A DNA stretch of 64,000 bases from Gammaproteobacteria bacterium. Lineage in GTDB: Bacteria > Cyanobacteriota > Vampirovibrionia > Vampirovibrionales > JAJTHC01. The position numbers and the translations under genes were made by a program. Positions 60,611 to 64,000 of this stretch are shown here, one piece after another (position 1 is the stretch's first letter; each line of letters starts with the position of its first letter). The stretch lies in NCBI GenBank assembly GCA_040375445.1, contig JBEISK010000001.1, forward strand, positions 49,144 through 113,143, given 5' to 3'. The notes beneath the pieces are model-generated. The model made no database searches. It was given only the letters and a program-made list of their open reading frames with translations, and had not been told where the DNA came from.

Positions 60611-62542
60611 TTAAGGACGCTCCTTTGTATTGAGAGAAAATGAACTCGTATTGCCTATTGGGTACACTTGAGGGAGGGGGGTGCCGTTGTTTTTAATGTT
60701 TTCTAGGGCTTGAAAATCCCGATCGATACGGTGAATAGGCGTTAGTTCAAGTTGATTAAGAATGTGGGGTGTAATTAGAATGAGTAATTCGCTTTTTGCA
60801 CTTGAACTGGCACTGGCTCTAAACATTGCTCCGACAATGGGTAAATCCGCCAGTCCTGGTATTTTCTGTTCGTTACTGGTGTCTCGAGCATCGACGAGTC
60901 CACCGATGACCATGCTTTCACCATCTTTTACACTAACCGCTTGAGCCACTAAATCACGGCTACGAACCAATTGAATAGAACTGGCACCTACGCCTGCACT
61001 CGCATATACCGAACTCACAATCGGACGAACACGCAAGGTGATGACACCATTCGCTCCTATTTTAGGTATGATATCTAAGGTAATGCCTGCGGATCCAATC
61101 AGTGGGGTGGTTTGTCCAAAAAATCCAGAACCTGACGCCGTGAATTCTTGTCCTCTCAATATCTGATCTGCAATAACAATCGCCGATTCTGTGTCATGGG
61201 TGGCGACAATATGGGGGCTTGCAATACTTTTTGCTTTGCCTGTTTGAATAAGGGCTTGAATCTGTAGATTAAGGTTGTCTACTTGAGGTACTTTTGGTAA
61301 GAAAGAGATATTATTACTTGTCCCAGGTGTTATGCTCCCTATATTAAAGCCCCAAGGACTTCCTGATTCGGTAAAATCTAATTTCATGCCCAGTTGTTTT
61401 AAAGCGGTTGAAGAGACTTCAATGAGATCCGCTTGAATAGAAACTTGTGGCGGTTTGGCATCTAATAAGGGTAGTAAGGATTCCGCTTCTTCAAGTTGAG
61501 ATTCTGTGGCTATAATCGTAAGCGTATTGTTTTTACTGTTGGGCATAACGATTGCCCCTAAGGTTTGCACTGTGTAAGTGGTTTGTGTTAAACCCTGAGT
61601 TCTGACTTTTATTTCTACACCACTCCCACCGCCAGAGCTACCACCACTAGTGCCACTCCCACCGCCAGAGCTACCACCACTAGTGCCACTCCCACCGCCA
61701 GAGCTACCACCACTAGCACCACTACTAGCACCACCAGAGCTACCACTACCGCCACCAGAATTACCTGTAATTTTATCTGCGCCACTACCTTCGGTCACGC
61801 CATTAAGGGTATCCGATACGCTGACTTGTGAAGTGACTCCATTAAGCCCAGCCGTCCCTCGATTACCAAAAACGACCGCTTCTAATTGACGAGCGACATC
61901 TAAAGCATGGGCGTAAGACAACTGATACACCCGTCGTAAACGAGGCACATCAAATTCGGGAATAGCTTTAAGTACCATTTTAACTTCATCATCTGTCCCA
62001 CTCACCACCAAGCTATTTTGGCGTTCATTGGCTTTGACGACAATACGTGTGGAGCCTGTGAATAAAGCGGTATTTAAAAAACTCGCCAACCATGCGGCAC
62101 TGGCATGTTGTAAGGCAATGGTCTTAGTATTGTAGCGATATAAACCGAGTTCTTGCCCCATGGCTTGCGAAGAAATCATCCAAATGTCTTTGCCGTAACT
62201 TTGTACACTTAGGCCGTGCATTCTTGCTAGGACTTTCAAGGCATCTAGCCCAGAGATACGATCTAGTTTTAGGGAGGCATTGCCAGTGACGCTTTCATCC
62301 ATAAGCACATTTAAGTGACTAAGTTTGGCAATTTTAGGAATCAATTCGTTTAAAGGTTCTCCTGTGGCTTCAATACTAATTAAGCCTTGACCTTCTGGGT
62401 ACACTTGGGCAAACGCTTCTGCTATTTGCGGATTTACTATAGCTAATAGGACGTATTGTAGGGTAAGTCCCCCTACAAGAATCAACCTTATTAAGTAAGG
62501 TAGAGTGCTAAGTACAGGCGTCCAAGGTGTACGTGTTGACAT
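60611..62542 (-). CDS. secretin (GspD/PilQ superfamily), paralog A, with Gly/Ser-rich repeat insertion
   Basis: N0-like domain (ISIEATGEPLNELIPKIAKLSHLNVLMDESVTGNASLKLDRISGLDALKVLARMHGLSV). Secretin core (...IASPHIVATHDTESAIVIAD...KIPGLADLPIVGAMFR...LLILITPHIL). GSGTSGGSSGG repeated three times. Confidence 0.85.
   Translation of the reverse strand: MSTRTPWTPVLSTLPYLIRLILVGGLTLQYVLLAIVNPQIAEAFAQVYPEGQGLISIEATGEPLNELIPKIAKLSHLNVLMDESVTGNASLKLDRISGLDALKVLARMHGLSVQSYGKDIWMISSQAMGQELGLYRYNTKTIALQHASAAWLASFLNTALFTGSTRIVVKANERQNSLVVSGTDDEVKMVLKAIPEFDVPRLRRVYQLSYAHALDVARQLEAVVFGNRGTAGLNGVTSQVSVSDTLNGVTEGSGADKITGNSGGGSGSSGGASSGASGGSSGGGSGTSGGSSGGGSGTSGGSSGGGSGVEIKVRTQGLTQTTYTVQTLGAIVMPNSKNNTLTIIATESQLEEAESLLPLLDAKPPQVSIQADLIEVSSTALKQLGMKLDFTESGSPWGFNIGSITPGTSNNISFLPKVPQVDNLNLQIQALIQTGKAKSIASPHIVATHDTESAIVIADQILRGQEFTASGSGFFGQTTPLIGSAGITLDIIPKIGANGVITLRVRPIVSSVYASAGVGASSIQLVRSRDLVAQAVSVKDGESMVIGGLVDARDTSNEQKIPGLADLPIVGAMFRASASSSAKSELLILITPHILNQLELTPIHRIDRDFQALENIKNNGTPLPQVYPIGNTSSFSLNTKERP
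61615..61760. repeat. 33-bp tandem DNA repeat (3 copies plus a degenerate fourth), in-frame, encoding GS-rich linker in secretin A
   Basis: CACTCCCACCGCCAGAGCTACCACCACTAGTGC repeated at 61621, 61654 and 61687. Confidence 0.85.
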
Positions 62543-62562
62543 CGTTATTTTCCTAAAGAGGT

Positions 62563-63762
62563 TTATACATTTCCTAAGTCATTGAGCAAGCTTTCGATAC
62601 TAGATTCTTCGCGACTTGCATTAGGCATCGATTTCTGAGGGGGAGTACTTGAAATATTATTGTTTCTTGAAGAACTTGTTTGAGATGAAGAGGCACTAGA
62701 CAGTTCTACACGACTCTTAAAACCGTTAATCATTAGGTATAGGTAGGATCCTTTTACAGAAGTCAACGTAAAGTAGTTTCCGCCGTATTCAAAAGAACTG
62801 CCAATACGTTTGGAAAGCATAATGTTATTAGTTTCGTTGAGGAGTTTAAGTAAAATGGTGGCTGGTTTACGAGGGTCTTCATTGGAAACCACACCGACAA
62901 ACTGAATTAAGGATTCTACAGGTACACCCAAACTAGTTTCAACAGGCTTACTTGGAAAGGGTTTGACGTTTTGTGGTTTTTCAGGATTTGAAATAACTTG
63001 GGTATTTTTTTGATCATTTTGTTTGTCTAAAAGATTTTTCAACCACTCTAGCTCAATAAGAGGTTTAAAAGGGTCATTGCGAAAGGGGGCGACTTTGGGT
63101 TTTCTCTTAGAAGTACTTGTTTCAAGACTATTTGCTACCGCAAATAAGGCGTTGGCCTTTAAGCTTTCTTCACTTCCATCGAAATTTTCTTCAGGCAAGG
63201 AGGCTGCTAAAAGGGTTTGATTTTGAGTCGTTTCTTCAGGGGGGGGTTTGATGAGATGGGTCATCCCTACCACCATTAAAACGAGGGCGACCCCTAATGA
63301 GGTTCCTGCAATAAAAAGGGCATTTTTCATACTTTTGTGTGGATCAATAAAGCGATTAAGTTGAGAAAAATAGCGTGTAATGGGATGCTGCCCTGCGGCG
63401 ATTTTTTCAGCTTCAAGGGCTTCCCATTCTAGTGGGGCTTGAACAAAATTAAGCATGGCAGTGAAATTTCGTTGGGCAGGAATAATCCCATAGCCCGGTT
63501 GAAAGGCTCGTGTTTTGGCGACATCATGCCACGAGGTGGAAGCCGTGCTAAAGGCACTGGCTTGACGAGGCAACTTATTTTGCAAAGGCGAACTAGACAT
63601 AGGGTAAGACTCTTTCACACCATTTTGGACTCTCTTACTGTTTAGTATAAGGAATAGGGGAGTCTTCTTGGGTTTTTGAGGTCTAATTTCCCCTAAAAAG
63701 CTTAAGCCAAAACGGGGGTTGAACAGGCGCGTTTGTAACCGTTTGTAAAAAAAGGGCATCAA
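62563..63762 (-). CDS. bitopic membrane protein with C-terminal secretin-interacting-like (GspC HR / PilP-like) domain; first gene of the secretin operon
   Basis: Single TM (ALFIAGTSLGVALVLMVVGMTHLI), Pro/Thr-rich linker, C-terminal beta-rich segment (ATILLKLLNETNNIMLSKRIGSSFEYGGNYFTLTSVKGSYLYLMINGFKSRVEL), Ser-rich tail. Promoter-like AT-rich region upstream. The real start is likely an internal Met. Confidence 0.4.
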   Translation of the reverse strand: MMPFFYKRLQTRLFNPRFGLSFLGEIRPQKPKKTPLFLILNSKRVQNGVKESYPMSSSPLQNKLPRQASAFSTASTSWHDVAKTRAFQPGYGIIPAQRNFTAMLNFVQAPLEWEALEAEKIAAGQHPITRYFSQLNRFIDPHKSMKNALFIAGTSLGVALVLMVVGMTHLIKPPPEETTQNQTLLAASLPEENFDGSEESLKANALFAVANSLETSTSKRKPKVAPFRNDPFKPLIELEWLKNLLDKQNDQKNTQVISNPEKPQNVKPFPSKPVETSLGVPVESLIQFVGVVSNEDPRKPATILLKLLNETNNIMLSKRIGSSFEYGGNYFTLTSVKGSYLYLMINGFKSRVELSSASSSQTSSSRNNNISSTPPQKSMPNASREESSIESLLNDLGNV

Positions 63763-64000
63763 AAAAAGAAGGACGACCCTTTATGCCTTTGTGTTACAAT
63801 AAGGCTGTGTTTTTATTTTAGTAGGTTCATGGCCAAACAGGTCTAGGTAGATCATATGCAAATACAATCCAGTTCACTCCTCTCCTCTCCTCTCCTTATG
63901 CTTCATCTGTCGCAGCGCCTCAATCGACCTTAGTGGGGCAGCGGGCGTCTCTTTCCTCTCAACGCCAAGGGTCAAGGCACGCAACATTCGCGAAGGAATT

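Overview
This 64-kb window comes from a bacterial chromosome of moderate GC (about 50% by eye, falling to about 35-42% in two stretches). Most of it is densely packed housekeeping and cell-envelope genes, with many start/stop overlaps that suggest operons. In order along the window:

- The 5' end of a eukaryote-like IMP dehydrogenase gene (minus strand, running off the window start).
- groES-groEL, followed by a 22-bp tandem repeat array.
- A short stretch of small genes: a glycine-zipper lipoprotein, a Cys-rich protein and a TusA-like protein.
- A glycan-biosynthesis block: polytopic membrane protein, GT2 glycosyltransferase, SDR epimerase/reductase, then rfbC-rfbB-rfbA.
- lpxI-lpxB, aroK-aroB, a UbiA-family prenyltransferase and an MlaE-like permease.
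- recA with a translationally coupled acidic 120-aa ORF.
- rseP, then def (minus strand).
- An 11-gene NDH-1 operon (nuoA-B-C-D-H-I-J-K-L-M-N on the minus strand) that has no nuoE, nuoF or nuoG.
- A low-GC islet holding a gene interrupted at a G10 homopolymer.
- A secreted TPR protein.
- Two tandem short flagellin paralogs, then a TM-anchored GT2-like 599-aa protein.
- tadA, a HIT-family gene and coaBC.
- A putative GxSxG-hydrolase-like membrane protein and a TPR protein.
- An aldo-keto reductase, ahpC, glmS, a gamma-carbonic-anhydrase-like hexapeptide protein, an M16 peptidase pair and a GNAT acetyltransferase.
- A GHL10-family hydrolase-like protein, a Cys-rich ORF and lipB.
- At the low-GC right end, an operon of a GspC/PilP-like gene plus two translationally coupled secretin paralogs. 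Each secretin carries a different in-frame low-complexity repeat insertion.

A mosaic family of short dispersed intergenic repeats and a separate family of GGAGG-rich palindromic hairpin clusters are scattered through the window.

I found no rRNA, tRNA, CRISPR array, transposase or integrase.

Lineage is uncertain. The GroEL sequence (especially its C-terminus) and the eukaryote-like IMPDH are compatible with a PVC/Chlamydiae-like organism, but this is inference only. All functional calls rest on motif and family recognition by eye, since no searches could be run.
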